A program made the translations under genes and the position numbers. The notes under the pieces were generated by a model. That model searched no databases. It was not told the DNA's origin and saw nothing but the letters and a program-made list of their open reading frames with translations. A stretch of 64,000 nt of DNA from a virus: IMG/VR virus record IMGVR_UViG_3300021376_004065, one strand, 5' to 3'. Positions 9,965 to 20,294 of the stretch are shown here, piece after piece (positions within the stretch are counted from its first letter, which is position 1; each line of letters begins with the position of its first letter).

Positions 9965-11413
9965 TTAAGAAAAATCTCCTCCCAGTAAATCATCTAAAAT
10001 AGATGAGTTTTCATATGAGCTATCTGTAACAACCTGATATTCTTCGTAAGATTTTGTACTATCATTGTACCTTACTAGTGGTGGATCGTACACGAAAGTA
10101 GATCCTGTTATTCTATTTTTTGGTATCTGTAATTGCATTACGTAATCTTCTTCCGATTCATCTCCAGAGGCTAGTTTTTTATCTGTTATAAAAATTGTTA
10201 CGGCACACTTCTGCTGGATAGATAAGGACCCTCCGGTATCAGATTGTTGAACCACTTCTCGTTTTTCCTTCATTCTATTTGCGTTTTCTTGTGCTGTTAT
10301 TATTAAAACACAGTTCATGTCTCTTGCTAGTTTCTCCAATTTAACCATCATTTCTTCAAACTCACCCCATCTAGGCTTTCCCTTGCCACCCCTAGTAAAC
10401 ATAGATTGGATCGTATCTATTACTATAATATCTGGAAGCTTTGAATTATGCCCCATTATATCTCTAAGCCATCTTTCCAAGTCTTCAAAGTATGGACTAT
10501 CTGGGTCGTGTCTAACCATAAATCTTTCTCCCCATGACTCCATTTTGTTCTTAAAAATAGATACGTAGTTATCTTTTTCTTCTTGTGTCCAATTTTTCGA
10601 CTCTGCGTATACGTTCTTCCCTATTATTTGAGTCATAAGAACTCTTTCCCAATGGGAAATTGCCTCTTCGTAATTTATGAATAAAGCAGAATAGCCATTA
10701 TCCACCCAATGATTTACTAGGCATTTTGCAAATGTGGACTTGCCCTTACCTGATGGAGCTATTATGGCGTGAACTGCGCCTTTAAAAAAGCCTCCATCAT
10801 CAGTATAGCCCATGGCCCTGTTTAACGATTTAAACTGAGTTGGAACAAAGTTTGGTATGACTAAAAGTTCTCTAGCCCTAGAGGATATGTCTAGAGCTGT
10901 TGTAATATTTTCTAACGGATTGTAGTTAATTTGACTTTCAAGTTCTCTTATTTTTTGAGTTAAAGTAGATATTCTTTCTACATCTTCATCTGTTTTGTTT
11001 GATTTTTGAGTAATAAGAACCTGCAATTCTTGCAGGTAATCTATTTGTTTTCTCTTATTTGCTTTGTGTTCTATTAATTTTAAAATTGATTCAGAGTTAG
11101 AAAGATCCATTTTTAACAGGATTGAAAACATCGCTTCTGTTCCAAGCTCAGCTCCCAAAGCTTCGTAAATTTCTGTTTCAGTTTGTAACCAAGACTTAAA
11201 CGCTATTGGGTTTACTATGTCAAGTTGAGTCGCCCTATAATAAGAAATAAGTGCACTATAGAATTCATGTATTCCTGCTTCCCCATGATTAATGCCAACT
11301 ATATCTGAATTCAAATTTTCGCTAAAGAACTTAACTGCACCCTCTTTTCTCAGGCACAGTGCAAATATTTGATACTCTATTGGATAGTTACTTATATTTT
11401 CTTCTTGACTCAC
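9965..11413 (-). CDS. replicative DNA helicase, DnaB/RecA-fold
   Basis: Walker A HAIIAPSGKGKSTFAK; DIIVIDTIQSM; intact ORF. Confidence 0.85.
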   Translation of the reverse strand: MSQEENISNYPIEYQIFALCLRKEGAVKFFSENLNSDIVGINHGEAGIHEFYSALISYYRATQLDIVNPIAFKSWLQTETEIYEALGAELGTEAMFSILLKMDLSNSESILKLIEHKANKRKQIDYLQELQVLITQKSNKTDEDVERISTLTQKIRELESQINYNPLENITTALDISSRARELLVIPNFVPTQFKSLNRAMGYTDDGGFFKGAVHAIIAPSGKGKSTFAKCLVNHWVDNGYSALFINYEEAISHWERVLMTQIIGKNVYAESKNWTQEEKDNYVSIFKNKMESWGERFMVRHDPDSPYFEDLERWLRDIMGHNSKLPDIIVIDTIQSMFTRGGKGKPRWGEFEEMMVKLEKLARDMNCVLIITAQENANRMKEKREVVQQSDTGGSLSIQQKCAVTIFITDKKLASGDESEEDYVMQLQIPKNRITGSTFVYDPPLVRYNDSTKSYEEYQVVTDSSYENSSILDDLLGGDFS

Positions 11414-12059
11414 TGTTTTTTCTCTTTAATTCTTTGTAGATTTTTTTTCTTTTAATACTGTTTTCTTTTTTCGCTTTTTGATAAGAAGAACTTTGTGTTA
11501 ACTTTTTACGTGTTTTTCTTGCTATTGCGTTTTTTGAATTATCTTTTCTGAGCTCTTGTATAATTCTTTCAAAAACGCTTTCTTCCGTTAGTCCGTCATC
11601 ATATCTAAAAACAATTAAAGATACACCATTGTCTACGCACCACTTGCTTTTAAATTCATCTCTTTTTTGCGACTCTACGAAATCTTCTTTTGATGCATGA
11701 AACATACCAGTATAATAAAAGTGCTGCTTGCCATGATATTCTAAGGCTAGTTTATATTTTGGACAGTATATGTCAAGCTTTAGCCTGTTACCTATGTGGT
11801 ATTCGTTTATTATTGGTTGGTTGGGAATTAATTTTTTAAGTATATCGTATAAAGAAGAGTGTCCACGAGACATCTTTCTTTTCTTTTTCTTCATCCAATT
11901 TAAACCATGACGATTTATCTGCTTATTTAAATCGTTTAAAGAACAATTTAACTCTTTTGATATATCACTTAAGGACATATCAGTTTCCATTAAAAGATCT
12001 TTAATAGAATCAATATCATTTTTACTAGAAAGAATATCTTTTTGTGTTATTTTATTCAC
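11388..12059 (-). CDS. endonuclease-like protein (Vsr/PD-(D/E)XK-like)
   Basis: NRLKLDIYCPKYKLALEYHGKQHF...RDEFKSKWC motif set. Confidence 0.55.
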   Translation of the reverse strand: MNKITQKDILSSKNDIDSIKDLLMETDMSLSDISKELNCSLNDLNKQINRHGLNWMKKKKRKMSRGHSSLYDILKKLIPNQPIINEYHIGNRLKLDIYCPKYKLALEYHGKQHFYYTGMFHASKEDFVESQKRDEFKSKWCVDNGVSLIVFRYDDGLTEESVFERIIQELRKDNSKNAIARKTRKKLTQSSSYQKAKKENSIKRKKIYKELKRKNSESRRKYK

Positions 12060-12061
12060 AA

Positions 12062-12712
12062 TTATTTCTTACTTAAAGATAATAGTTTTCCAAAATCTAA
12101 AGTTGATATGTTTGAGTTTTCCCAAATTTTATACGACAAGGCAGTAGAGAGCACTGGGCAGTCGAGAATACAGTAGTCGATCGCCCCATCTAATTGGGTT
12201 ATTTCAGAAGCTATTTTATCTAATTTGTCATAAAAATCATTATATGGAACATGAACATGATGATATGGTGTTCCAATTACTCTTTGAGTTATACTTTTGT
12301 CATGAAAAGAAACTACAGCTACTCTGCTGTTTCTTAAAAAGTATCTTGAAAAATATTCAAATATATCTCTTTTGTTTAGGTAAAAATACTCAAACACCGC
12401 TGCATCGTATATTGTTGAATTATTAAATCCAGAAATTAATTTAATATCTGAATATTCTTCAGATGATAATAGGAAATTTGGAATACATTTCATATAATTA
12501 TCATCTTTTGTCTCTATAGAAGAGTTAACTGATTTTAAAAAAGCTTTTGGATATTTTTTATTGGGCGTGTTTTTTTCTATGATCGTAGAAAGAACCGATT
12601 TTGGAAAAACTACATATGCAAACTTTTCATTATTAACCATCTTCATAGTCAATTCTTTGATACTTTGATTTGCGGATAAACTTTTCATTTTAAATCTCCT
12701 AGTATTTTCCAT
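12062..12712 (-). CDS. hypothetical protein
   Basis: Intact ORF. Confidence 0.55.
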   Translation of the reverse strand: MENTRRFKMKSLSANQSIKELTMKMVNNEKFAYVVFPKSVLSTIIEKNTPNKKYPKAFLKSVNSSIETKDDNYMKCIPNFLLSSEEYSDIKLISGFNNSTIYDAAVFEYFYLNKRDIFEYFSRYFLRNSRVAVVSFHDKSITQRVIGTPYHHVHVPYNDFYDKLDKIASEITQLDGAIDYCILDCPVLSTALSYKIWENSNISTLDFGKLLSLSKK

Positions 12713-13410
12713 GATTCTAGTTCTAGTGTGGATGTTTGCTTAATCGAATTTAGATGATTTATATTATGATATTTTCCACCATCTAATTTCATATATCTTT
12801 CATACTTATCATTCTTATCTTGGTCCCTAAGATAACCCAGATGCTGTATTATTATACCTGATTGAAGCCACCAGTTGCCCATTTCAGCCCATCTTTGTAC
12901 GTACATTGGCTCTGAGCCGCATGCTAATTTTTTATTAATATACACACCATTCTTGTCGAATTTAAATATTCTATGATTATGGTGCGGTTTCCATCCACCA
13001 TCTGATCTAAAACTAAATTGATTCCACATTTCAAATCTTGGCGCACTCACTACATCGTAAGGAGACTGCTTTAAATGATCTAACAAACTTAAATTATCCA
13101 TGGTATATAGTTTTTCATCTGCATCTATTGCCAAAACCCAATCGCCCACCTTTGCATGTTTTTCTAAATTAGCCCAAGCTTCTGATCTTAATTGGCTTTC
13201 ATCTTTTATAAAAAGATTTTCAGAAGTAGAATATACGGTAGCGTACTGTCTAGCAACATCTGGAGTATCATCCGTAGAACAATCGTCGGTAAAAATTATT
13301 TTATCTACCTGATTTGACAGTCTTTCCAAGACTTCTTTTAGGTATCTTGAAGATTCATTTCTTCCAACCATTAATGCATATATCATACATGCTCCACGTC
13401 CCGCAGCCAA
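12685..13410 (-). CDS. glycosyltransferase family 2-like
   Basis: MIYALMVGRNESSRYLKEVLERLSNQVDKIIFTDDCSTDDTPDVA; actual start may be internal MIYALM. Confidence 0.8.
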   Translation of the reverse strand: MAAGRGACMIYALMVGRNESSRYLKEVLERLSNQVDKIIFTDDCSTDDTPDVARQYATVYSTSENLFIKDESQLRSEAWANLEKHAKVGDWVLAIDADEKLYTMDNLSLLDHLKQSPYDVVSAPRFEMWNQFSFRSDGGWKPHHNHRIFKFDKNGVYINKKLACGSEPMYVQRWAEMGNWWLQSGIIIQHLGYLRDQDKNDKYERYMKLDGGKYHNINHLNSIKQTSTLELESWKILGDLK

Positions 13411-13439
13411 AGGTTTTACTTAGGCTGCGGGACAATTTC

Positions 13440-13625
13440 CTAGAGTGATATTTGCTTACGCGCCTCAACAGCGGTAATGCGTTCTACTTCAGTGGTCTTA
13501 ACTATTACCTTGCCATTGACGCCACGAGTGCGACCAGTAGCAAGCTTCTCTGCATCTGATTTATTGTTCGCCTGAACAACAACTACAGATTCAACTGTGA
13601 AGTATTTAAATTTATTATCTGACAT
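13440..13625 (-). CDS. small protein resembling the N-terminal module of 40645..41907
   Basis: YFTVESVVVVQANNKSDAEKLATGRTRG... Confidence 0.55.
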   Translation of the reverse strand: MSDNKFKYFTVESVVVVQANNKSDAEKLATGRTRGVNGKVIVKTTEVERITAVEARKQISL

Positions 13626-13636
13626 ATTTTTCCTTT

Positions 13637-14077
13637 TTATTTAGTTGGATAATTTACCGATATATAGTCTATCGCATCTTCTATGTTGTCTGCAAGTTTT
13701 GTGGCCATATATTTCATGTAAACCCTATTGCTATAGTGCGGCGAACATATAACAACAGATGGTTGACCGTGTATTTTTGCCCATGCTAATTCAAAATCAG
13801 TACCTATGTATGCTCTGTCTTTTAACATATACTCAACAAGTATTAGGTCTGCTTTTTTTTGTAGAAAAAGATTTTTTTGAGCTATTTCTTCTGGACTCAT
13901 GCTTGTATGATCGTCTCTAACCGTAGTTGGATCAAGAACCGTATAGCCAAGAGAGGTAAGAGCTAATGATGCTTCTTTTCTCCAATAGACAGCATAATCT
14001 CCTACATAATCTATTGCCCCTGATAAAAATATTTTTGTTGTCACAAAGTTAATCCCTCTCGATATTAAAATAATCAC
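13637..14077 (-). CDS. nucleoside 2-deoxyribosyltransferase-like protein
   Basis: KIFLSGAIDYVG...GYTVLDPT...ADLILVEYMLKDRAYIGTDFELAWA. Confidence 0.65.
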   Translation of the reverse strand: MIILISRGINFVTTKIFLSGAIDYVGDYAVYWRKEASLALTSLGYTVLDPTTVRDDHTSMSPEEIAQKNLFLQKKADLILVEYMLKDRAYIGTDFELAWAKIHGQPSVVICSPHYSNRVYMKYMATKLADNIEDAIDYISVNYPTK

Positions 14078-14897
14078 AAGACTTTCTAAAAATTTCCCTA
14101 GAGATCGGAAAGAAATGATCTACGTGACTCACTCCCTCGCCGGGCTTTGCCGATGAGGCATGCCAGCTGTGCCCAATTGAAACGGAGCCGTCATAAAAAA
14201 CTCCATAACCAAGATGTCTAGCAAAATACGAACACCAGGTTTCCTCGTAGTAATGAGGAGTTGGAAGAAAGGCGCCTTGTGAATTGGGGTGTATTTTTTT
14301 GTAATCTGGATTGTTTGCAAGAACGTTCCAGACTTCTCTTCTGATAAAGTAGGCGGAACCAGAAATAGTTACACAGCTAACTCTATCTTTAAACAATAAA
14401 TCGTCCCTGTCCAGCACCATCCATCCTCTCATTACGGGCGCTGAGTTTGTTCCGGTTATTCCGGCGTGTGTTATTCTACCGTACTCGTCCCTTTGTTTTG
14501 GTCCTAGTATATGAATTTCTGGGTTTTCGTCAAATATTTTTTGTATTTTATTTACGTCAGAATTACTCATCCACACGTCTCCATTAAGTAATCCTATAAT
14601 TTCCGAATCTGTTTTTGATGCCATATAATTACAGGCTGTTGAATAGCCTATGTTTTTTCTGAGAAATAAATTTTGAATATTATAATTGTGTCCACAACTT
14701 CTAATAAATTCAATGAAATTATCACTTGAATCGTTATCTGTTATATGTAGCTTCCATTGTTTTTCTTGCCCATTTAAGCCAAGATGCAGCTCATCTAACA
14801 TGCGTTTAATCATGCTCGTAGTGTTATGATGCACTACGCATAAATCAATCATCGTACTCTTCCCATTCATTTTCATTACTGTTAGGACTAAATTCAT
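14049..14897 (-). CDS. glycosyltransferase family 2-like
   Basis: IDLCVVHHNTTSMIKRML...ITDNDSSDN...RKNIGYSTACN...GLLNGDVW. Confidence 0.8.
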   Translation of the reverse strand: MNLVLTVMKMNGKSTMIDLCVVHHNTTSMIKRMLDELHLGLNGQEKQWKLHITDNDSSDNFIEFIRSCGHNYNIQNLFLRKNIGYSTACNYMASKTDSEIIGLLNGDVWMSNSDVNKIQKIFDENPEIHILGPKQRDEYGRITHAGITGTNSAPVMRGWMVLDRDDLLFKDRVSCVTISGSAYFIRREVWNVLANNPDYKKIHPNSQGAFLPTPHYYEETWCSYFARHLGYGVFYDGSVSIGHSWHASSAKPGEGVSHVDHFFPISREIFRKSCDYFNIERD

Positions 14898-15093
14898 TAG
14901 ACATTGCGGCGTTTTTTATAAATGCAGATGCGTTTTTTAGTCTTGTTTTAAGATTTTTATCTTCGCATGTTTTACTAATTTCTTCTATCATATTGTTAAG
15001 ATCAGCAAAAAAATCACTGTTAGCTAATATGTACGTTTCGTTTAATCTAAGTTTAAGAATAATCTTTTTTCTATTGTTCTGTTTCTTGCTCAT
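14845..15093 (-). CDS. hypothetical protein
   Basis: Intact short ORF. Confidence 0.5.
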   Translation of the reverse strand: MSKKQNNRKKIILKLRLNETYILANSDFFADLNNMIEEISKTCEDKNLKTRLKNASAFIKNAAMSNEFSPNSNENEWEEYDD

Positions 15094-15280
15094 TGTCTTC
15101 TACCTTATGTAATACTAAGTTATTTGTATCTGGTTCTAATGTTATAAAATATATTTTTTTCTCTGATATGTCTATATTTTTAGGCGCAGGTGTTTCCATA
15201 GCTATCTTCTTTGAAGAACAACCAAACACTTGCGGTGTGTTTGGAAATACTAAAATATAATTAAGTTTAGAAGCAGGCAT
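15071..15280 (-). CDS. hypothetical protein
   Basis: Intact short ORF. Confidence 0.45.
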   Translation of the reverse strand: MPASKLNYILVFPNTPQVFGCSSKKIAMETPAPKNIDISEKKIYFITLEPDTNNLVLHKVEDNEQETEQ

Positions 15281-15734
15281 TTGACATCTCTATAGCTACT
15301 ACATTTGCTTTATTTAAATACATTTCTATTTCTCTCCATTGTTTATATGATTGATCTTTTATATAAAATACTTTTGAAACTGTGCTATTTGAGATTAGTT
15401 TAGCACAACTGAAACACGGTGGTCCATTTATATATATTTTTTCTGGATTTGAATTATAGTTACTGTGCAAAAATGCATTGGCCTCTGCATGAATTGCTAT
15501 ACAGTCATCGTAAAGCGATCCACTTTCACTTTTGTGCAGTAACCTAGGGCAGCCGCCGTCATCGCAGTGCGTAAACCCAGAAGGCCCCCCATTGTAACCA
15601 AATCCAACTATATGATTATTGCAGTCGACAAGAAAAGCAGAATATTTTTTCTTACTACATGTAGAAAAAATTTCTGCCGCCTGAATACACAAGCGCATAA
15701 ATTGAATATCTTTTTTACAAATTGAATTAATCAT
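15267..15734 (-). CDS. dCMP/cytidine deaminase family (likely start MINSICKKD at 15734)
   Basis: IAIHAEANAFLHSN...INGPPCFSCAKLI zinc-binding deaminase motifs. Confidence 0.85.
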   Translation of the reverse strand: MINSICKKDIQFMRLCIQAAEIFSTCSKKKYSAFLVDCNNHIVGFGYNGGPSGFTHCDDGGCPRLLHKSESGSLYDDCIAIHAEANAFLHSNYNSNPEKIYINGPPCFSCAKLISNSTVSKVFYIKDQSYKQWREIEMYLNKANVVAIEMSNACF

Positions 15735-15913
15735 TATATTGTATATTTTATTAATACTCCAACTAAAACACCTATAGCTAAACAAATTGATATCATTTGT
15801 CTTCTAATTTTTTTTGTTTGTGATTGTATTTGCATTGCAAAATGCAAACTGATAAGCCAATTTAAAGAAATTGAGAATAGCAAAATAGAAAAGATATTTA
15901 ACGCAAAATTCAT
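15734..15913 (-). CDS. small predicted membrane protein, 59 aa
   Basis: MNFALNIFSILLFSISLNWLISLHFAMQIQSQTKKIRRQMISICLAIGVLVGVLIKYTI; TAATG overlap with the deaminase start. Confidence 0.6.
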   Translation of the reverse strand: MNFALNIFSILLFSISLNWLISLHFAMQIQSQTKKIRRQMISICLAIGVLVGVLIKYTI

Positions 15914-15914
15914 T

Positions 15915-16697
15915 TTATTCTGAGTTCATCAAAGAAGATATCGAAACAGGATATATAGGTTGCACAAGTCTGTAAACCGCATTTGCATATAATTGTATCT
16001 CTTTTTGTGCTTCATCGGCTAATCGTTGAGACAAAAACAGGGCAACGGACTGCAGGCTGCATGACCATCTGTAGACAACATTTAGAGCATAGGCCGGAAG
16101 GAATAATCTAGCTTGTTCTGGGGCCACATTATTGTCTAAGGCCATTTTATAAAGAGCTTCCCCTGTTTCTATGTATCTTTTTAGTTGTTCTGTAAAAATA
16201 GAACCATCCCACGGCGACATTAAGCCTGCGGAACCCTGCTTTTTATCTTCTGGAGCCAGTCTCCACTCTTCTGGTTTTGGCAAATAAAAGTCTGGCTCCA
16301 TAGTTATATATCTTCTTGAAGACTCATTCCACGAATCCATAGTATGATCTGACCCAACAACATATTTCCAATGCTGTCTTGCAACCATAAGGGGAGCTTT
16401 AAATTCGAGAGTAATAAAAGCATGCCTAAAGGGGGACATGTGATTTTCTCTTGCTAAATATTTAATCAGTCTTGCATCTGATGTTGTTAGTTCTTTAGTC
16501 TTATTTTCTTTAGCGAAAGAGGCTCTTGCTGCGTTTGCGACAGAAACATCAGACCCCATGTAGTCAACTAATCTAACATATCCATTATTTAATACGTATA
16601 CAATTTTTTCTTCTTCTTTATCCAAACTAGAATCTAACTGAGCTGGTAGTTCACTTACGTTTTCATTTATCATCTTCTTCATTTTCTCCGTTTTCAT
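15915..16697 (-). CDS. thyX: flavin-dependent thymidylate synthase
   Basis: FRHAFITLEFKAPLMVARQHWKYVVG...NESSRRYI...; ThyX-type RHRxxSxxExSxRY-like arrangement. Confidence 0.85.
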   Translation of the reverse strand: MKTEKMKKMINENVSELPAQLDSSLDKEEEKIVYVLNNGYVRLVDYMGSDVSVANAARASFAKENKTKELTTSDARLIKYLARENHMSPFRHAFITLEFKAPLMVARQHWKYVVGSDHTMDSWNESSRRYITMEPDFYLPKPEEWRLAPEDKKQGSAGLMSPWDGSIFTEQLKRYIETGEALYKMALDNNVAPEQARLFLPAYALNVVYRWSCSLQSVALFLSQRLADEAQKEIQLYANAVYRLVQPIYPVSISSLMNSE

Positions 16698-17025
16698 TAT
16701 CCAATAGATTTTCTATTTCTTCTAGTTCTTCTAAAGTTATTGAATAATATTTCTTTATTATCATTGAAGTTAAATCCTCAGAAAGTAAATATATCTTCTC
16801 TATCATATCATAGATTTCAATATCTATCAAAAATTTTGGATCGTTTAATATATCTACGGTCATAGAACTAATATGAACAACTAAATTATTTAAAGAATTA
16901 ATTATATTAAGATAGTTTTTTGCATGAGATATTTTTTCTTCATTTAAAATATCGTTTAAGTTTTCCATATTAGCGTTTTCTGCTATGTAAGAAAAAATCC
17001 TATCTATGTTCTCTTCATTGCTCAT
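16663..17025 (-). CDS. hypothetical protein
   Basis: Intact ORF. Confidence 0.55.
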   Translation of the reverse strand: MSNEENIDRIFSYIAENANMENLNDILNEEKISHAKNYLNIINSLNNLVVHISSMTVDILNDPKFLIDIEIYDMIEKIYLLSEDLTSMIIKKYYSITLEELEEIENLLDNENGENEEDDK

Positions 17026-17033
17026 TTTTTATC

Positions 17034-19145
17034 CTAAATTGAACTGACGTTGTCTTGGGTAAGTTTTATTTCACAATAATCTGTAGTGCAATATCGCTCG
17101 CCAACTGCATCGGCTGCCCTACCCGCGTACACTTCGGCCAGGTCAATTGAAAGCAGCCTATTAGTTTGCTCCAAATATTCTTCTTCAGTAATTTGCATGT
17201 ACGGCATTTGAGGATAGGTGTCGTTTCCGCTAGGAAGGAATGAAACAGTCTTCAATTGACCGTCGTGCATGTGTAGCACTGTCCCAACGTGATGTGATTC
17301 GGTTTCTTTATTAAAAGAAACAGTAACAGAAACAGAGTTATCTGACCAGTATCTTTGAGCGGTAGTTGCAAGAGCCATTTTTTCAAAAATAGTCACATCT
17401 TTTTCTGACCTAATAGCCTGTGATTTAATTGGAAAATATACTACTGAAGTTGTATCGGGAGACTCTGAAGCTGATTCGACCCTATAGTTTGCCATTCTAA
17501 AAAGAGGCAGCATGGGGTCTTCGTTTGAAAATCGGATTGTTCTATTGAAGAACTTTCCACCTGGTGTCCAGTGAACGCCAGGTGACTCTCCTGCAAGAAT
17601 TGATACAGTTCCTGATGGCTTAACAGTTGTCATCTTTATAGATTCTCTTATCCCCAACCATTCAGAGTAGACGTTGTCATATCTTTGAATTGTTTTATAG
17701 CCCTGGTTCATCCACTCTTTCAGGATGGGCATGCCGTGGCGATCGGCAAAGTCGGCGACGCCTGACATAGAGGCGCCTATTCTTCTATTTCTTTGCATGA
17801 TCGCATTAGTTTCTTCCCAGTGAGTTGGCAAAAGAGTAACTGTCTTTGCGTATAGGTATGCAAACTTTAAAGTTCTCTTATAGTCTTCTAAGCTTTCATG
17901 TCTACCCAAATAGGTTTCGACCAGCGTACAGCACTCGTAAGACTCAAGTGACTGCTCTGCGCACGGATTGTAGCCAGCAACTCTGTGGTCCTTGTTGTTT
18001 GGCGGATCTATAAGTCTTCCGTATTTTTTAGACACATCCATCCATATAACCCCAGGTTCACCGTTTAGGGAGATTCCCTCTATTATTGAAGTCAGGTCCT
18101 TGCCCACTTCTGTTTCTATGGAATTATTTGACATCCAACCCCAGCCCGGTGCTGATGGATCGTAAGAATTTCTTTCTGGAAACTTGTCTTTGTTTTTTAA
18201 GTTTAAAAAATCTTGATCATCAAGTCTTCCAATGAGAAGCTCCGCTGAACGACGAACATTCCCGGATACAACGCATACTCCGATTAGATTTCCTATATCT
18301 GCTATATCAATGCGAGTAAGTTTTTGACCTTTTCTTCCACTAAACATTTTTCTTATATAGTTATGCATTTTTTCTAGAGGTTCGTGTCCTGCTGCTATTC
18401 CTCCAAATGTTTTTATAGGAGTGCCAGATGGCCTAATATTTGTATAATCAAAAGAATATTTTGATTGATTTTCTTTAAGAAAGGAGTTTAACAGTAAGCT
18501 TAATGATTCGACCCAGCCTTCTCTAGTGTCTGGAACAATATATGTTTCCTCCTGAGTTGGCTCATATATGTAGAAATCTTTATCTGCCCCCTTATCGTCA
18601 AATCCGACACCCACACCCAACATCGAAGCCTCCATTAAGAAGGCAAACGGTCTTGCTGGATTAAGTTTTGTCATTTCCGCAGTAGAAACAAAAGCGCAGT
18701 TTTGCAGTGCAGCTGAGTTTTTCTGAACGCTAACTATGGCTGTTCCCATTGCCCATAATCCACGACCAGGCGGCGTCCACTTTAACGTAAATAGCCTATC
18801 AAAGGCTTCTTTTGCGCTGGCCTGAGCTTTTGCATCGTTCCATGGAAGTCTATTTTTTTTACAATGATCTTTTTGAAGAGAATACATTCCATTTATTACT
18901 CTCTCACATACGTCAACCCATGTCTCTTTAGTGCCGTCGTCTCTTATTCTGCTATAGGTTCTTAAGAAAGTTATTTCGCCAACGCTATTTCCACCGGCGT
19001 CTTTATAGCCAAACGGAGAAGGTTTTGTTCTATAGGTATTTACAAATTCGTCTGTCAAATGAAATGAAAACATAGAATCTTTTGTAACTACTGGTGATAA
19101 ATCCGGATTTCCATTTTCATTTTCTAATAACATTTTTTTCTCCAA
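17034..19145 (-). CDS. nrdJ: ribonucleoside-diphosphate reductase, probably adenosylcobalamin-dependent class II
   Basis: QNCAFVST; NPCAEQSLESYECCTLVETY; TVKPSGTVSILAGESPGVHW. Confidence 0.85.
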   Translation of the reverse strand: MEKKMLLENENGNPDLSPVVTKDSMFSFHLTDEFVNTYRTKPSPFGYKDAGGNSVGEITFLRTYSRIRDDGTKETWVDVCERVINGMYSLQKDHCKKNRLPWNDAKAQASAKEAFDRLFTLKWTPPGRGLWAMGTAIVSVQKNSAALQNCAFVSTAEMTKLNPARPFAFLMEASMLGVGVGFDDKGADKDFYIYEPTQEETYIVPDTREGWVESLSLLLNSFLKENQSKYSFDYTNIRPSGTPIKTFGGIAAGHEPLEKMHNYIRKMFSGRKGQKLTRIDIADIGNLIGVCVVSGNVRRSAELLIGRLDDQDFLNLKNKDKFPERNSYDPSAPGWGWMSNNSIETEVGKDLTSIIEGISLNGEPGVIWMDVSKKYGRLIDPPNNKDHRVAGYNPCAEQSLESYECCTLVETYLGRHESLEDYKRTLKFAYLYAKTVTLLPTHWEETNAIMQRNRRIGASMSGVADFADRHGMPILKEWMNQGYKTIQRYDNVYSEWLGIRESIKMTTVKPSGTVSILAGESPGVHWTPGGKFFNRTIRFSNEDPMLPLFRMANYRVESASESPDTTSVVYFPIKSQAIRSEKDVTIFEKMALATTAQRYWSDNSVSVTVSFNKETESHHVGTVLHMHDGQLKTVSFLPSGNDTYPQMPYMQITEEEYLEQTNRLLSIDLAEVYAGRAADAVGERYCTTDYCEIKLTQDNVSSI

Positions 19146-19843
19146 TTTTTTTTATATAGTTAGAATTTGTTTTTGTAAATTCCATGTTTTTAATTTTTAT
19201 TATTTTATCAACACTATAAATTTTGTGTATTTGTTTTTCAAAAAAATACCCACTTCTCCAATTTATTACTTTCTCCAAAGCGTTCTCGTGACTAATAAAA
19301 ATGCTATTAATTACTACGCCGCCATATATTGTTACAAGCTTTTTTAGCTTATTAGAAATTGCATTCTTGTTTAAATCATTTATACAATTAGACTCCTCTG
19401 CCTTATTGTAAAGCCAGTTGTAAGCTTGTCTTGTAAGTGGAGAGTAATCTATTGGATCGATAATGCCGAACAGATATTATTTTTTTTCTATTATTTTTTA
19501 TCTGTATATCTTCTTCTACGGTTTTTTTAAAAAGTTCGAACCATTCTCTTTCCTTGAACTGCGCCCATGCAGTGCACCAGAATAAAAGAGATTGTGGAGT
19601 GTCTGGTATTTTTGTGCTTTCCAGGCTAGGTAAAAGCACGGCGCAACTAATTGTTTTTTTAACCATTGTTTTTGCTTCGTCTACATTTTTATTTTTATTA
19701 TAAAAATTATTCCAAAGCTTATCTATGTGTACGCCCCACTCTATGTCGGCAACATATATTTTTAAATATTCTTCTGCTAGTTCTTTTGGAATACTATCTT
19801 CTTTTGAAACTCTATCTAGTAAATCCGACATACTTAAACCCAT
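19117..19843 (-). CDS. hypothetical protein, one +1 shift at CGG
   Basis: ...RKKIISV-GIIDPIDYSPLTRQAYNWLYNKAEESNCIND...; length 727 = 3n+1. Confidence 0.7.
19465..19468 (-). other. +1 recoding site GTT C GGC
   Basis: In-frame CGG; joins ISV-GIIDPIDY. Confidence 0.85.
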
Positions 19844-19886
19844 CTATTTTGCTGAAAACTTGTATATTCATGTAGTAAAATAACAA

Positions 19887-19907
19887 ATCCCGCCCTAGTG
19901 GCGGGAT
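19887..19907 (-). terminator. intrinsic terminator-like hairpin
   Basis: ATCCCGCC-CTAGT-GGCGGGAT; followed on the minus strand by TTGTTATTTT. Confidence 0.55.
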
Positions 19908-19967
19908 CTTTCAGTTCCACTTAGTTGTATATTATATCAAAAGCGTATCTATATAGTATGTTTGAAT

Positions 19968-20294
19968 TTAGCTTTTCTGAGCAAAAGTAGAAAATATTTT
20001 TCTTCTAACTGATTTTTCAAAAAGTAAATGTCCGGTTAAAGTACACCAAGTAAGTAGTAAAACAACCTTTTTTATTCTTTTATCGCTTACTCTCCAAAAA
20101 TATCTTGTCATTGTTTCTGATTTATTTGTTTTTATAGAAAATAAATCATACAAAAAAACAAACACTATCAAAACTAACCAAGCGTAAGCGCCAGAAATTC
20201 GTTCGTCTCTATCTAGGGCTATTGGAGATCTGAAATAATTAGAGAGCTTTTGAAGAAGGAACTCCGAAGTGTTCGTTAACTTTCTTTCTTCCAT
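19968..20294 (-). CDS. hypothetical membrane-associated protein (MEERKLTNTSEFLLQKLSNYF...)
   Basis: Hydrophobic ISGAYAWLVLIVFVFLYDLFS; ATG at 20294. Confidence 0.5.
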   Translation of the reverse strand: MEERKLTNTSEFLLQKLSNYFRSPIALDRDERISGAYAWLVLIVFVFLYDLFSIKTNKSETMTRYFWRVSDKRIKKVVLLLTWCTLTGHLLFEKSVRRKIFSTFAQKS

